A DNA stretch of 64,000 nt from an uncultured Alphaproteobacteria bacterium (lineage in GTDB: Bacteria > Pseudomonadota > Alphaproteobacteria > RF32 > CAG-239): contig CASDOS010000047.1 of the NCBI GenBank assembly GCA_949282205.1, positions 21,925 to 85,924 of the forward strand, given 5' to 3'. The first letter of the stretch is position 1. Each line of letters opens with the position of its first letter. Under the pieces are notes generated by a model that had not been told where the DNA came from, did not search any database, and worked only from the letters and a program-made list of their open reading frames with translations. The translations under genes and the position numbers were made by a program. Positions 9,381 through 18,635 of the stretch are shown here, one piece after another.

Positions 9381-10592
9381 ATGAAGCGTTTCAAAAATTT
9401 AGCGTATCTGGTGGCGATAGCTGCTGGTATGCTGCTGAGTGGGTGTGCAATGGAAGAGTTGCATACTCGCGCTATGTCAGCGAGTGAAAACAATCTCGAG
9501 GTGACGAATTCGGTGGACGACCATCTCGGTGGTTCTACTGTAACGTTTAACCAAAGTTCCACAATCGATCCCACCGGGGACGGAACTGAGGTTGTGAGAT
9601 TTGAGCCTGAAGCATATCTTAATGTTGTTCTTGAAAAGGAACATATTGAGGTGGCTGATGCCAGCGAGATTGACGTGACATTGGCAGGTGAAGAAGTGGT
9701 GAGCGAAACAGACTTTTCTGAGGGTGTTACCCTTGGAAAGGACGTCGTGAAAAAGTTTACTTTTTCCGACGGACAGGTAGCCACTGTATCTTACGGTTGG
9801 CGGTACGACAAGGCGGTTATTGCCGGAAACGAAGAGGAAGCTCCGCATTTGGAAATCTCTAAAGTTTCCTACTCAAATTTTACTAAGGAGAATACTTCAG
9901 GTAACGACTATAAAGTTACTCTGGAGTTTGTGGCGTCTTGGGCGTCACATAACGCTAGCAAAATTGAGACAGCGGACGTTATCTTGAAGCCTTGGTACAC
10001 CAAGTCCTTCGAGGAAGGCGACGTTGTCGGCGAACCGGTATGGAGTACAAACCTCGTTTGGAACACCGACGGTACTGTAACTGCAACGGTGACTAAGACC
10101 ACACCGCATTCCTTAACGGCTCCGGAAGTCGAAAAGTGGGAGCATGTCGCTACGGTTATCATGGGTAAAGACATAAATAACTCATGGTATGTTGCTGACA
10201 CTGGTGTTCGTTATGAAAGTAGCGTTGAAGATGCCGAACCGAGTGGCTACGATGCAGGTGTGTTCACTGTTGAAGGTACAGGTAAGAAGTATTCCTTTGA
10301 CCCGTACTACAACATGCCAAATGGTGGTAATTTATTGCCAACGCCTAGCTTCTGGGTGAAAGTGTATTCTCTCAAAATCTATTTCGACAACGGAGAGAAA
10401 CAGTTCACTTTTGACATTCCGGTTGAACTCCGTTTCAGCCAGAGTGTGAAGTATCTGGAAGAAAGAGCTGCTTTGTATCCAGACGATACATATCTAGGCT
10501 CCGATGTTAAGGAGTTTAGTTATGTGGATACAAACCTCAATAAAGCGGTAATGCACCATACCAGCTATACCGACCTGAAACTGCACCCGTGA
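9381..10592 (+). CDS. Lipoprotein of unknown function (403 aa precursor), paralog of the N-terminal part of 10883..14293
   Basis: The ATG at 9381 gives MKRFKNLAYLVAIAAGMLLSGC, a lipobox (LSGC). It shares the blocks YLNV..E, FTFSDGQVATVSYG, PHLEI, L.PWY and KTTPH with the next gene. Confidence 0.8.
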   Translation: MKRFKNLAYLVAIAAGMLLSGCAMEELHTRAMSASENNLEVTNSVDDHLGGSTVTFNQSSTIDPTGDGTEVVRFEPEAYLNVVLEKEHIEVADASEIDVTLAGEEVVSETDFSEGVTLGKDVVKKFTFSDGQVATVSYGWRYDKAVIAGNEEEAPHLEISKVSYSNFTKENTSGNDYKVTLEFVASWASHNASKIETADVILKPWYTKSFEEGDVVGEPVWSTNLVWNTDGTVTATVTKTTPHSLTAPEVEKWEHVATVIMGKDINNSWYVADTGVRYESSVEDAEPSGYDAGVFTVEGTGKKYSFDPYYNMPNGGNLLPTPSFWVKVYSLKIYFDNGEKQFTFDIPVELRFSQSVKYLEERAALYPDDTYLGSDVKEFSYVDTNLNKAVMHHTSYTDLKLHP

Positions 10593-10611
10593 TGTACCCG
10601 ATCTGATTTGA

Positions 10612-10673
10612 GAAAGCCCTGTTTATGACGCCCCTATATGGAGGATGTTCATAAATGGGGCTTTCTTTTTTTT
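10612..10673 (+). terminator. Long-stem intrinsic terminator of lipoprotein gene 1
   Basis: gaaagccc...ggggctttc outer stem with an inner tttatga/ttcataaa extension, followed by T8. Confidence 0.7.
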
Positions 10674-10715
10674 GTACAAAAAGTAGTTGATTTTTTGTAT
10701 ATTTTGTGCTAGCGT
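10669..10715 (+). promoter_or_regulatory. Palindrome TTTTTGTACAAAAA plus a sigma70-like promoter (TTGATT-N17-TAGCGT) of lipoprotein gene 2
   Basis: The layout is colinear with 9202-9250, and the box AAATTATTGTG follows at the same distance from the -10. Confidence 0.5.
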
Positions 10716-10882
10716 GGCGCTGCTTAAAAAATTATTGTGCCTTGAGTCTATGTTTATGTTGATTATCGTGCTTGGGGCATATTCTTGATTTCTTTGTTCT
10801 TCGCCAATTCCGCTTCGGATGAGGTATTAGATATTGCTTAAATTAAACTATATTTACAAATGTTCTAAATTTTTTTTTAATC

Positions 10883-13800
10883 ATGGAAAAGAAAAACAAA
10901 AAATTGAGATTTGCTGGCCTCAAAGGTGCAAACTCAGTAGTGCTTATGCTTGCGTTTATCGTGGGCTTGATTGTTGTGGGGAGCTGCGCGAAAGAACAGT
11001 TGAGAATCCTTTCCGATATTGCTCCGGAAGATACGACCGATGTCATTATTGATCATTATTGGGAATCTCAACGTATCTTGATTGCCAGTGCTACGGTTAA
11101 GGATACTTTGGTTAAAAGTGATGTTACTTTTAAACAAACGGCATCTATGAAAGGGGATAAAGAAGGGGCTGAATATGATTTCAAATTTACTCCCTCTCTT
11201 TATCTGAATGTGCGTTTGGCTAAAACTCGCGTGGAGGTTAAATCGGTGGCAGATTTACCTGTCAGTCTGGTTAAACAACGCTTGAAAAGTCAATCTCCTT
11301 ATCGGAATGGCACAACTTTGGGGGCTGACGTGGTACGGGAATTTACTTTCTCGGACGGACAAGTCGCAACGGTTAGCTATGGACATCGTTTTACCGGTGT
11401 GGTTCAAAACGGCGATACGTTGGCGACACCTCATTTGGAAATCGATTCCGTTAATTTTGTTAAGGCTCTGATTGCCAGCTTTGGTGATAAAACCGAAACG
11501 GAAGATCCGTATAAAGCAACGCTTCTCTTTGATGCTTGTTATAGCGCAAAAGGCGTTTCTGACGGTAATGAACTGAATGATAAAATCGAACTGCAACCTT
11601 GGTATCATAAAGTGGTTACTACGGATGCAACCGAAATTGAAAAGGTTACTTATTCCGGTAAATATATCGGTTGTCCGTTGCAGGCTTATGAGTTGACAGA
11701 AGTGGTGAAAACCAATAAAGGTACGGAAACTCATGTTTATAAGGTTGATTTGTCTTTGAAAGTTACTCCGCCTCAAGAGCGTGAACAACCTTCCAATGAT
11801 AGTTTGTTTGTTGGTAAGTCTACGGGCAAATTGTCGGAAGATGTCTTTGCCGAGGTCACTAATGCCGATGGGTTTACCGTGCAAACTATTAACGGTACTT
11901 ATACCTCAACGGCAACCGGAAAAGAAGCCGGAACAGTGGTCGAAAGCTCGGTTAATTTTACTTATCAGAAACCGGTTCGGTTTAAGAGTGAATTTGGAAG
12001 TTATGATATTCCTGATATTTCGCTTAAATTTACCGAGTTGGCTTTTGATGTCGATAAAATTTCCGAAACTGATGAGTATAAACTATTTAAGTCCGTTAAT
12101 ACTCTTTATGGCGAAATCGCAGGTTGTACGTTGGATCCGATGGACGAAGTCGTTATGCTTAAAATTTTGCCTAAGAAAGACGATAATGTCGTAAAAGTGG
12201 ATTCAACTTATACTCTCCGCGGTGATGATGATGATTATATCGTTGATAAAGAAATTATTTGGAGCGATGGTTCCAAGACCTCTTCCACTTATTCTTATCA
12301 GGGTAGACATTCGGCTTCGGCGCTTCCTTTCGGGGAAGTGGTTACTACTTCTCTTAACTGGAATGAAGATGAGTTGAAACGTGTTTCTCAGTCGACCTCT
12401 TCGGAAGAAAAGAAATTTTCAGAAACGACTAAGTTTAACGCAACTTATACCACTTCTAATTGGCAGGCAGACGCTTCTAACGGAAAAGAAAACGGTTTCT
12501 TCTCCTTTAGGGAAACTTCTCCGGTGGTTGTCTTTACTGATGGTAAAATTGTTAAAACTTTCCCAGAAAGAAAGTATGTCATGACCGGTGTCGGTGCTGA
12601 TGTCAGTCCAACATTCTCGACAATCGTGCGTGACGGTGTAACTTATAAGGCTTATCCTTATGACTATACCGCTAAGGCAATTTGGAACGGAGGAAATGCT
12701 GCTAATCTGGTTTCTCAGGGGTGGTTGTTGATGCTTGCCGATGAAATCGGAGAAACAACGTATAAAACCGACCAAACTTGGAATGGTAATACGACTACCG
12801 TTAAAGTGATTAAAACAACTCCGCATACCGAGGGTGATGATGAAGTGGAAACTTTTACTAAAGACTTTACGGTCGAATTTGGCAAGTTGTCTTATGGTAA
12901 ATTGTATGCCGAGAATACAAATTTCTCAACAACCGAAACTCATTCATCTACAAGCTCTTCCGCTACCGATAATTATTGGACGGTCAGAACTTACAGCTCA
13001 ACCTACAAGTACATAACTTCTAACGGAGCTGTCGAGCGTACGCAGAATTTGCCGATTAAAGATGCCGAAATTGTTTTTGATGACGGGTCCTTTAATCATA
13101 CTTTTAATGTGCGATTGACGATGTCTAAGTCCGAGAGATTGGATACGCAAAATTCAAAAACCGAAGGTGAGTATAAAGTTACGCCGCATTTCTTGACAGT
13201 TCAAGGACAAACTGTTGACGGACGCGTTTTCTCTACGAAGGGACAAACCGATATCTATGTTAAAGCTGATGCCAGCGTGGTTTCTTCTTCTAAACGGACT
13301 ATCGTTTATAATGACGGTACGGTGGACTTTGTTCTGGATAAGAAAATGAGCGATGGTACTACACAAACCGTTAAAGCCAGCGATACTTACGGTGCGCGCT
13401 TTGCTTTTGATTTTAAGAATACATCCGCTCAAGAAAAAGAAGTTTCTCAGGTTAATTATACCGCTTCGGGAACTTTGGGCGCGGTGTCGTCTTCTAATCG
13501 TAATCAGGGTAATTGGAAAATCGTCGTTAAGACGTATCCTTATATCCATACGCTTAGTAATGGTGTGCAAACCGATAAATTAACGGCGCCGTATTCTTAT
13601 AACAATTTCAGCGCAACTCTTAATGATGCTGATTTGGGTGAGGTTGCGTTTGTTGAACCTAGCGTTGCTTTCAACCATAAATCATTAAATATTCAGGCAA
13701 ACGGTACTTCTGCCGGCTTTGATATTTATAATGCCGATGTTGTGGTTAACGGAACTGCTAACGGTACCGAAGGTAATTATGCAACAGATTTGAATGTAAC

Positions 13801-14293
13801 GCATGTTTTGAAAGTTGCATCGGGTGGAGAACCGGAAGATCCAAACTTTGGTAAGCCAAAAGCTTTTTATGCTACGGCAACGTTTGATCCTTCCGCAGAA
13901 GTGACACGCAGAGCATTTGTCTTTCAGTGGGAAAATGGAGTGACTTACGCTGTTTGTGAGTATGAAACCATGCTGCCGAATAGTAGTGACTTTATGTATA
14001 AAAACGATAGCTATCAGGAATATAGTTCTGTCGGTTATAACGTAAACACCAGTCAATGGGAACCCGCTAAAGGTGTGCAAGGTGATGGTTTTATGAAATG
14101 GTTGGATAGTCATGGTTCGGTTGTATCGGCTATTACCGATATCGAATGTGCGGCGTTTGGATGGAAAAATATCGTAGATGGTAAATACGCTCTGATTATT
14201 CCGGGTTATGATTATACCATTAACGGATATAATATTACCATTGTTGCTCCGAACGGACAATCCGTTACCTTTAACAGCCATTATGAACCCTAA
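10883..14293 (+). CDS. Large lipoprotein of unknown function (1136 aa), beta-rich, T/S/N/Y-rich
   Basis: N-terminus MEKKNKKLRF...LIVVGSC contains a lipobox. The N-terminal ~230 aa are paralogous to 9381..10592, followed by long unique insertions. No SD. Confidence 0.8.
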   Translation: MEKKNKKLRFAGLKGANSVVLMLAFIVGLIVVGSCAKEQLRILSDIAPEDTTDVIIDHYWESQRILIASATVKDTLVKSDVTFKQTASMKGDKEGAEYDFKFTPSLYLNVRLAKTRVEVKSVADLPVSLVKQRLKSQSPYRNGTTLGADVVREFTFSDGQVATVSYGHRFTGVVQNGDTLATPHLEIDSVNFVKALIASFGDKTETEDPYKATLLFDACYSAKGVSDGNELNDKIELQPWYHKVVTTDATEIEKVTYSGKYIGCPLQAYELTEVVKTNKGTETHVYKVDLSLKVTPPQEREQPSNDSLFVGKSTGKLSEDVFAEVTNADGFTVQTINGTYTSTATGKEAGTVVESSVNFTYQKPVRFKSEFGSYDIPDISLKFTELAFDVDKISETDEYKLFKSVNTLYGEIAGCTLDPMDEVVMLKILPKKDDNVVKVDSTYTLRGDDDDYIVDKEIIWSDGSKTSSTYSYQGRHSASALPFGEVVTTSLNWNEDELKRVSQSTSSEEKKFSETTKFNATYTTSNWQADASNGKENGFFSFRETSPVVVFTDGKIVKTFPERKYVMTGVGADVSPTFSTIVRDGVTYKAYPYDYTAKAIWNGGNAANLVSQGWLLMLADEIGETTYKTDQTWNGNTTTVKVIKTTPHTEGDDEVETFTKDFTVEFGKLSYGKLYAENTNFSTTETHSSTSSSATDNYWTVRTYSSTYKYITSNGAVERTQNLPIKDAEIVFDDGSFNHTFNVRLTMSKSERLDTQNSKTEGEYKVTPHFLTVQGQTVDGRVFSTKGQTDIYVKADASVVSSSKRTIVYNDGTVDFVLDKKMSDGTTQTVKASDTYGARFAFDFKNTSAQEKEVSQVNYTASGTLGAVSSSNRNQGNWKIVVKTYPYIHTLSNGVQTDKLTAPYSYNNFSATLNDADLGEVAFVEPSVAFNHKSLNIQANGTSAGFDIYNADVVVNGTANGTEGNYATDLNVTHVLKVASGGEPEDPNFGKPKAFYATATFDPSAEVTRRAFVFQWENGVTYAVCEYETMLPNSSDFMYKNDSYQEYSSVGYNVNTSQWEPAKGVQGDGFMKWLDSHGSVVSAITDIECAAFGWKNIVDGKYALIIPGYDYTINGYNITIVAPNGQSVTFNSHYEP

Positions 14294-14314
14294 GTTTGTG
14301 CTTTGATGCTTATT

Positions 14315-14350
14315 AACGTTCTCTCCATATCGGAGAGAACGTTTTTTTTT
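14315..14350 (+). terminator. Intrinsic terminator of the large lipoprotein gene
   Basis: aacgttctctcc / ggagagaacgtt 12-bp stem followed by a T9 run. Confidence 0.9.
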
Positions 14351-14461
14351 GTTTGGCGCAGGTGTGTTTTGTTTTTGGGGGGTTTAAACTCTTTTTTAAC
14401 ATAATCTATCCTAGTATTTATAAGAGATTTTAGGCTTTTTAGTGTTTTTACAGGTAAATTG

Positions 14462-15199
14462 ATGGAAATAAAAAAAACAATAAAACATTTGCGGCAGAAA
14501 ATTACTAAACAACCATTCGTTTTTGATTTGTTGGGTTGTATTGCCGCTTTTTATGTGTGGCTTGTCGGGAAAACCGGTCATTTTGTTGTTAACGGACAGA
14601 AAGAATTTGAGGCGCTTATTGAGCAGTATAATGGCGGAATCTTTGTGACATGGCATGGGAGAGCGTTGATGCTGCCTTTCTTTTGGCGTAATAAAAGATT
14701 GATGAAAGCATTGGTTTCTCCTCATAATGACGGGCGAATTATTGCCAGACTTTTACGTTTGTTTCGTATTTACAGTATCGATGGATCTTCTGACAGAAAT
14801 CCTCGTGGGGCAGCTTTAGATATCGTGCGCGAACTTGAAAAAGGAACGGTCGTGTCGCTTATTTCCGACGGACCAAGGGGGCCTCGTATGCGCCTTAATA
14901 AAAGTGTTATTTATTTTGCTCAAAAAACAGGTAAACCGATTATGGGATTTACTTACAGTTCGCAAAATGCTGCCGTGATGAAAAAAAGTTGGGACGCTAT
15001 GCTTATTCCTAAGCTCTTTGCAAAGGGGGAAGTGGCGGCTACGAAGCCTTTATTTGTTCCACAGGGACTTTCTGATGATGAAATGGAAAATTTACGCGCA
15101 GATTTTGAACGCGAATTGAATAATTTGACGTTGGATTTAGATAAAAAATTTGGATTGCCCGAAATCTTGCCCGGTGAGGATAGAAAAAATAAACGATAG
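14462..15199 (+). CDS. DUF374-type lysophospholipid acyltransferase-like protein (the usual upstream partner of waaA)
   Basis: FVTWHGR..., SPHNDGRIIA, SDGPRGPR. It sits directly upstream of waaA. Confidence 0.8.
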   Translation: MEIKKTIKHLRQKITKQPFVFDLLGCIAAFYVWLVGKTGHFVVNGQKEFEALIEQYNGGIFVTWHGRALMLPFFWRNKRLMKALVSPHNDGRIIARLLRLFRIYSIDGSSDRNPRGAALDIVRELEKGTVVSLISDGPRGPRMRLNKSVIYFAQKTGKPIMGFTYSSQNAAVMKKSWDAMLIPKLFAKGEVAATKPLFVPQGLSDDEMENLRADFERELNNLTLDLDKKFGLPEILPGEDRKNKR

Positions 15200-15227
15200 G
15201 AAAATATATTTTTTTTAGGAGTTAGTG

Positions 15228-16490
15228 ATGGTTATCGGTATTTATAAAGTGCTTATTACGCTGGCGTTTCCTTTTTTGAAACTTACTTATATCAGAAAAA
15301 GAAAAAAAGCTAAGAAAGAACATCCTACACGTTTTAATGAACGTTTGGGAAATTATAAAACGCTCCGCCCTGAGGGTAAACTTTATTGGTTGCACGGGGC
15401 TTCCGTCGGAGAATCGGTTTCAATGTTGCCGTTGATTGATAAATTATTGAGAGAAAATCCCGATCTCTCTATCTTGGTGACGACAGGTACGCTCACTTCC
15501 GCAGAAATTATGGCGAAACGTTTGCCGAAACGCGCTTTTCACCAGTTTATCCCTTTTGATGTGCCCGCGTTTGCTCAGAAATTGATTAAGCACTTTAAAC
15601 CTGACGCCGTTTTGTGGTTCGAGTCCGAGTTTTGGCCTTCGCTTTTATCCGAAGTCAAAAAGGCAAAAATTCCTCTTATTCTTGTTAACGGGCGTATTTC
15701 CGATAAATCTTTTGAAACTTGGAAAAAATTTAAATTCGTTTCTAAAGAAATCTTGAGTTGCTTTTCGCTTTGCTTGGGACAGTCCGAACAGGATAAAAAT
15801 CGCTTAATCCTTTTGGGGGCACCTAAAGTTGCTTGCGTCGGTAATCTTAAATTTGCAGGTATGCCGCTGCCGGTTGATCAAAATAAACTTAACGTCTTAA
15901 AACAACAAATCGGGGAAAGAAAGGTCTTTTTACTCAGCTCCACACATAATGATGAAGAGGAACGTTTTGCTCTCTATTTACCTTGGTTGAAGGAAAATAT
16001 TCAAAATGTTTTAACTATTGTCGCACCTAGACATCCAAACCGAGGTGATGATATTACCAGAATGTATCGCTGTCGGAATTTTAATGTGGCGCAACGCTCC
16101 AGAGAAGAAGATATTACTCCCGAAACCGATATTTATGTGGCGGATACTATTGGAGAAATGGGGTTGTGGTATGCTTTGTCCGCGGTTAGTTTTGTCGGTG
16201 GTTCCATTATTTCTCACGGCGGGCAGAATTTTATGGAAGCTGCAAGAGATAAAAATGCCGTGATTGTCGGACCTAATATGCAAAATTTTGCGGAGATTAT
16301 GAACAGAGCTCGTTTTGATGATGCCGTTTGGCAGGTTAATTCGGCTGAAGATGTGGTTGAAGAAACTATTACTTTATTCAGAAATCCCGAATTGTTGGCC
16401 GAACGTCAACAAAAGGCTTATCAATGGACTGTTAAAGAAGAAGCTGTTTTGGACGGTATTGTTAATGCTTTGAAGAAAGTCTTAAAATAA
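15228..16490 (+). CDS. waaA: 3-deoxy-D-manno-octulosonic acid (Kdo) transferase
   Basis: WLHGASVGE motif; AGGAG SD 6 nt upstream of the ATG at 15228; about 420 aa. Confidence 0.92.
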   Translation: MVIGIYKVLITLAFPFLKLTYIRKRKKAKKEHPTRFNERLGNYKTLRPEGKLYWLHGASVGESVSMLPLIDKLLRENPDLSILVTTGTLTSAEIMAKRLPKRAFHQFIPFDVPAFAQKLIKHFKPDAVLWFESEFWPSLLSEVKKAKIPLILVNGRISDKSFETWKKFKFVSKEILSCFSLCLGQSEQDKNRLILLGAPKVACVGNLKFAGMPLPVDQNKLNVLKQQIGERKVFLLSSTHNDEEERFALYLPWLKENIQNVLTIVAPRHPNRGDDITRMYRCRNFNVAQRSREEDITPETDIYVADTIGEMGLWYALSAVSFVGGSIISHGGQNFMEAARDKNAVIVGPNMQNFAEIMNRARFDDAVWQVNSAEDVVEETITLFRNPELLAERQQKAYQWTVKEEAVLDGIVNALKKVLK

Positions 16491-17416
16491 TGAAAACGCC
16501 TCGCTTTTGGTTATCTGATGGACTTATGCCTACTTTGTTGGCGCCTATTGCTTGGATTTACGGGGCGGCGACACAGTGGCGCTTGAAACTCATAACACCT
16601 CATAAATGTAAGGCTAAGGTGATTTGTATCGGGAATATTACCGCCGGCGGTGTCGGAAAAACTCCCGTCGCAATGGCTATGGCCGAAAAATATCTGAAAG
16701 AGGGAAAAAAAGTCTTTTTTGTTACCAGAGGTTATAAAGGTAAACTCAAAAATATTCTTGTCGATTTGCAAAAACATACGCCCGAACAAACCGGTGACGA
16801 GCCTCGCTTGTTAGCCGGCATCGCTCCGACTATTATTGCCCCTTGCCGTGAGTGGGGGGCGGAAAAAGCCGTTCGATTGGGCGCGGAGATTATTATTATG
16901 GATGACGGATTCCAAAATCCGGGATTGTATAAAGACGAATCGTGGTTGGTTTTTGACGGTTCGGTCGGCGTTGGAAATGGTAAAATTATTCCGGCGGGAC
17001 CTTTGCGCGAAACTCTTGAAAATGGGCAAAAAAGAGCGAATTATATTTTGATTATGGGCGATGATAAAACAGGTTTGGCAACTAAATGTTCTTTGCCGGT
17101 TTATTTTGGTAAACTTAAACCGTTACCTTTTTCACTTGAAAATCGTAGAGTCCTCGCTTTTGCCGGTATCGGTCATCCCGAAAAATTCTATCAAACGCTT
17201 AGAAAATTAAACTATCAGACGGTTATAACTAAAGATTTTCCCGATCATTACACATATTCCAAAAATGATTTGGATGAGTTGCATCGGTTGGCCTCTGAGG
17301 CGGGACTCTCTTTGGTGACGACAGAAAAAGACTTTGTGAAATTGCCGCAAAGTGCGCAGCGTAATGTTTCTTGCCTTAAAGTTAGGGCAGAGTGGTGTCC
17401 CGCTGCTACTAAATAA
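16490..17416 (+). CDS. lpxK: Tetraacyldisaccharide 4'-kinase
   Basis: P-loop GNITAGGVGKTP. TAATG overlap with the waaA stop. Confidence 0.92.
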   Translation: MKTPRFWLSDGLMPTLLAPIAWIYGAATQWRLKLITPHKCKAKVICIGNITAGGVGKTPVAMAMAEKYLKEGKKVFFVTRGYKGKLKNILVDLQKHTPEQTGDEPRLLAGIAPTIIAPCREWGAEKAVRLGAEIIIMDDGFQNPGLYKDESWLVFDGSVGVGNGKIIPAGPLRETLENGQKRANYILIMGDDKTGLATKCSLPVYFGKLKPLPFSLENRRVLAFAGIGHPEKFYQTLRKLNYQTVITKDFPDHYTYSKNDLDELHRLASEAGLSLVTTEKDFVKLPQSAQRNVSCLKVRAEWCPAATK

Positions 17417-17521
17417 TTTTTCTGCTTTTAGGATTGTTTGGTATATATATGAAAATTTTATTTCTTTGTTAACTTGAATGTTGTATCTTTACTTTGTATG
17501 ATGATTGCTCGGAGGTTTGTG

Positions 17522-18352
17522 ATGCGCGGGAAGTTTGTTTTATGTGCGGCGGTGCTGTTAGTTTTGTTTGGGGGAATTGGAACGGCTAGGGCTGATGATA
17601 GTGGTTTGCCGCCTGAATTGCAAGGCTTGGGCTTGTATGATGATTTGTTGCCGATTGGTGCCGGAAATTCGTCTTCTGCGAAAAAGAGAACTAGACAGCA
17701 AACGGTTATTCCGTTTATTCGTTCTTCTTTGCCGAAAGCTATTGCCGATACGGCTTTGTATAATGTTGAACATCCTGAGCAGGTCTTTTGTTATCATATC
17801 GCCAGAAAACCAAAGGATTTTACAGGTTATACGTTGAATAATTTTGCGGTTGTCGATTTTTGCGGCGAATTGGATATGGGGGCTACCACGACTACTTATG
17901 AGGCGCTGTTTACACAAAGCCCAAATATTATTACCGCAACAGCCGCTTGCGCTATTGAACCTAAAGTAATGCTCAGATTTGTGCGCGGGGTTGATTATAC
18001 AGATGTACTTCTTTCTTCGCCGTGCCCTTCGTTTACCCTCTTTTATGCCGGAAGATATACCGCTTTTAATATTAAACAGGCCGTGATTGATGATGTGATT
18101 AGTCAGTTTGATAAAACAAGAGATACTTTTAATTCGCCGGCTCTTTTGAAAAAAACGGTGGCTAACGGTGTTGCTGATACAGATAAAGAGGCAGAGGAAT
18201 ATGAAAAGAAACAAAAGGAAAATGCTCCGATTATGAACTGGAAAAATGATCAATCCTCTCCTCAGAATGCGGAAATTGATGAAAATTCTCAGAGTTCTGA
18301 CGCTCAGCCGAAAGCTAAAAAAGGTTGGGGGAATATTAAACTTAGAATGTAA
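17522..18352 (+). CDS. Secreted hypothetical protein
   Basis: GGAGG SD 6 nt before the ATG at 17522. Signal peptide MRGKFVLCAAVLLVLFGGIGTARA. Acidic and Q/S-rich C-terminus. Confidence 0.7.
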   Translation: MRGKFVLCAAVLLVLFGGIGTARADDSGLPPELQGLGLYDDLLPIGAGNSSSAKKRTRQQTVIPFIRSSLPKAIADTALYNVEHPEQVFCYHIARKPKDFTGYTLNNFAVVDFCGELDMGATTTTYEALFTQSPNIITATAACAIEPKVMLRFVRGVDYTDVLLSSPCPSFTLFYAGRYTAFNIKQAVIDDVISQFDKTRDTFNSPALLKKTVANGVADTDKEAEEYEKKQKENAPIMNWKNDQSSPQNAEIDENSQSSDAQPKAKKGWGNIKLRM

Positions 18353-18368
18353 ATGTTCTGGATTGTGT

Positions 18369-18395
18369 GAGCGGAATTTTTTTCCGCTCTTTTTT
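18369..18395 (+). terminator. Intrinsic terminator
   Basis: gagcgga / tccgctc stem followed by T6. Confidence 0.8.
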
Positions 18396-18635
18396 GTACT
18401 CGACTATTTTTTTGTTTTTGGAAAAAAATTAACCACAGCTTAACTTTTCACTTGATATTTATCGCCAAGCGTTATATCAACACTCTGTCTGATTTTGGAG
18501 GATAATATTTATTGGGGATAATGTGTGGTTATTTCTGATTTATATTACACAATTATCGGATTTCATCGTTTTTATTTGCAGTCAAAAATCCCTCTGACGA
18601 GGGATATGTTTTTGTGTTAATAAAGGTAGGAAATA

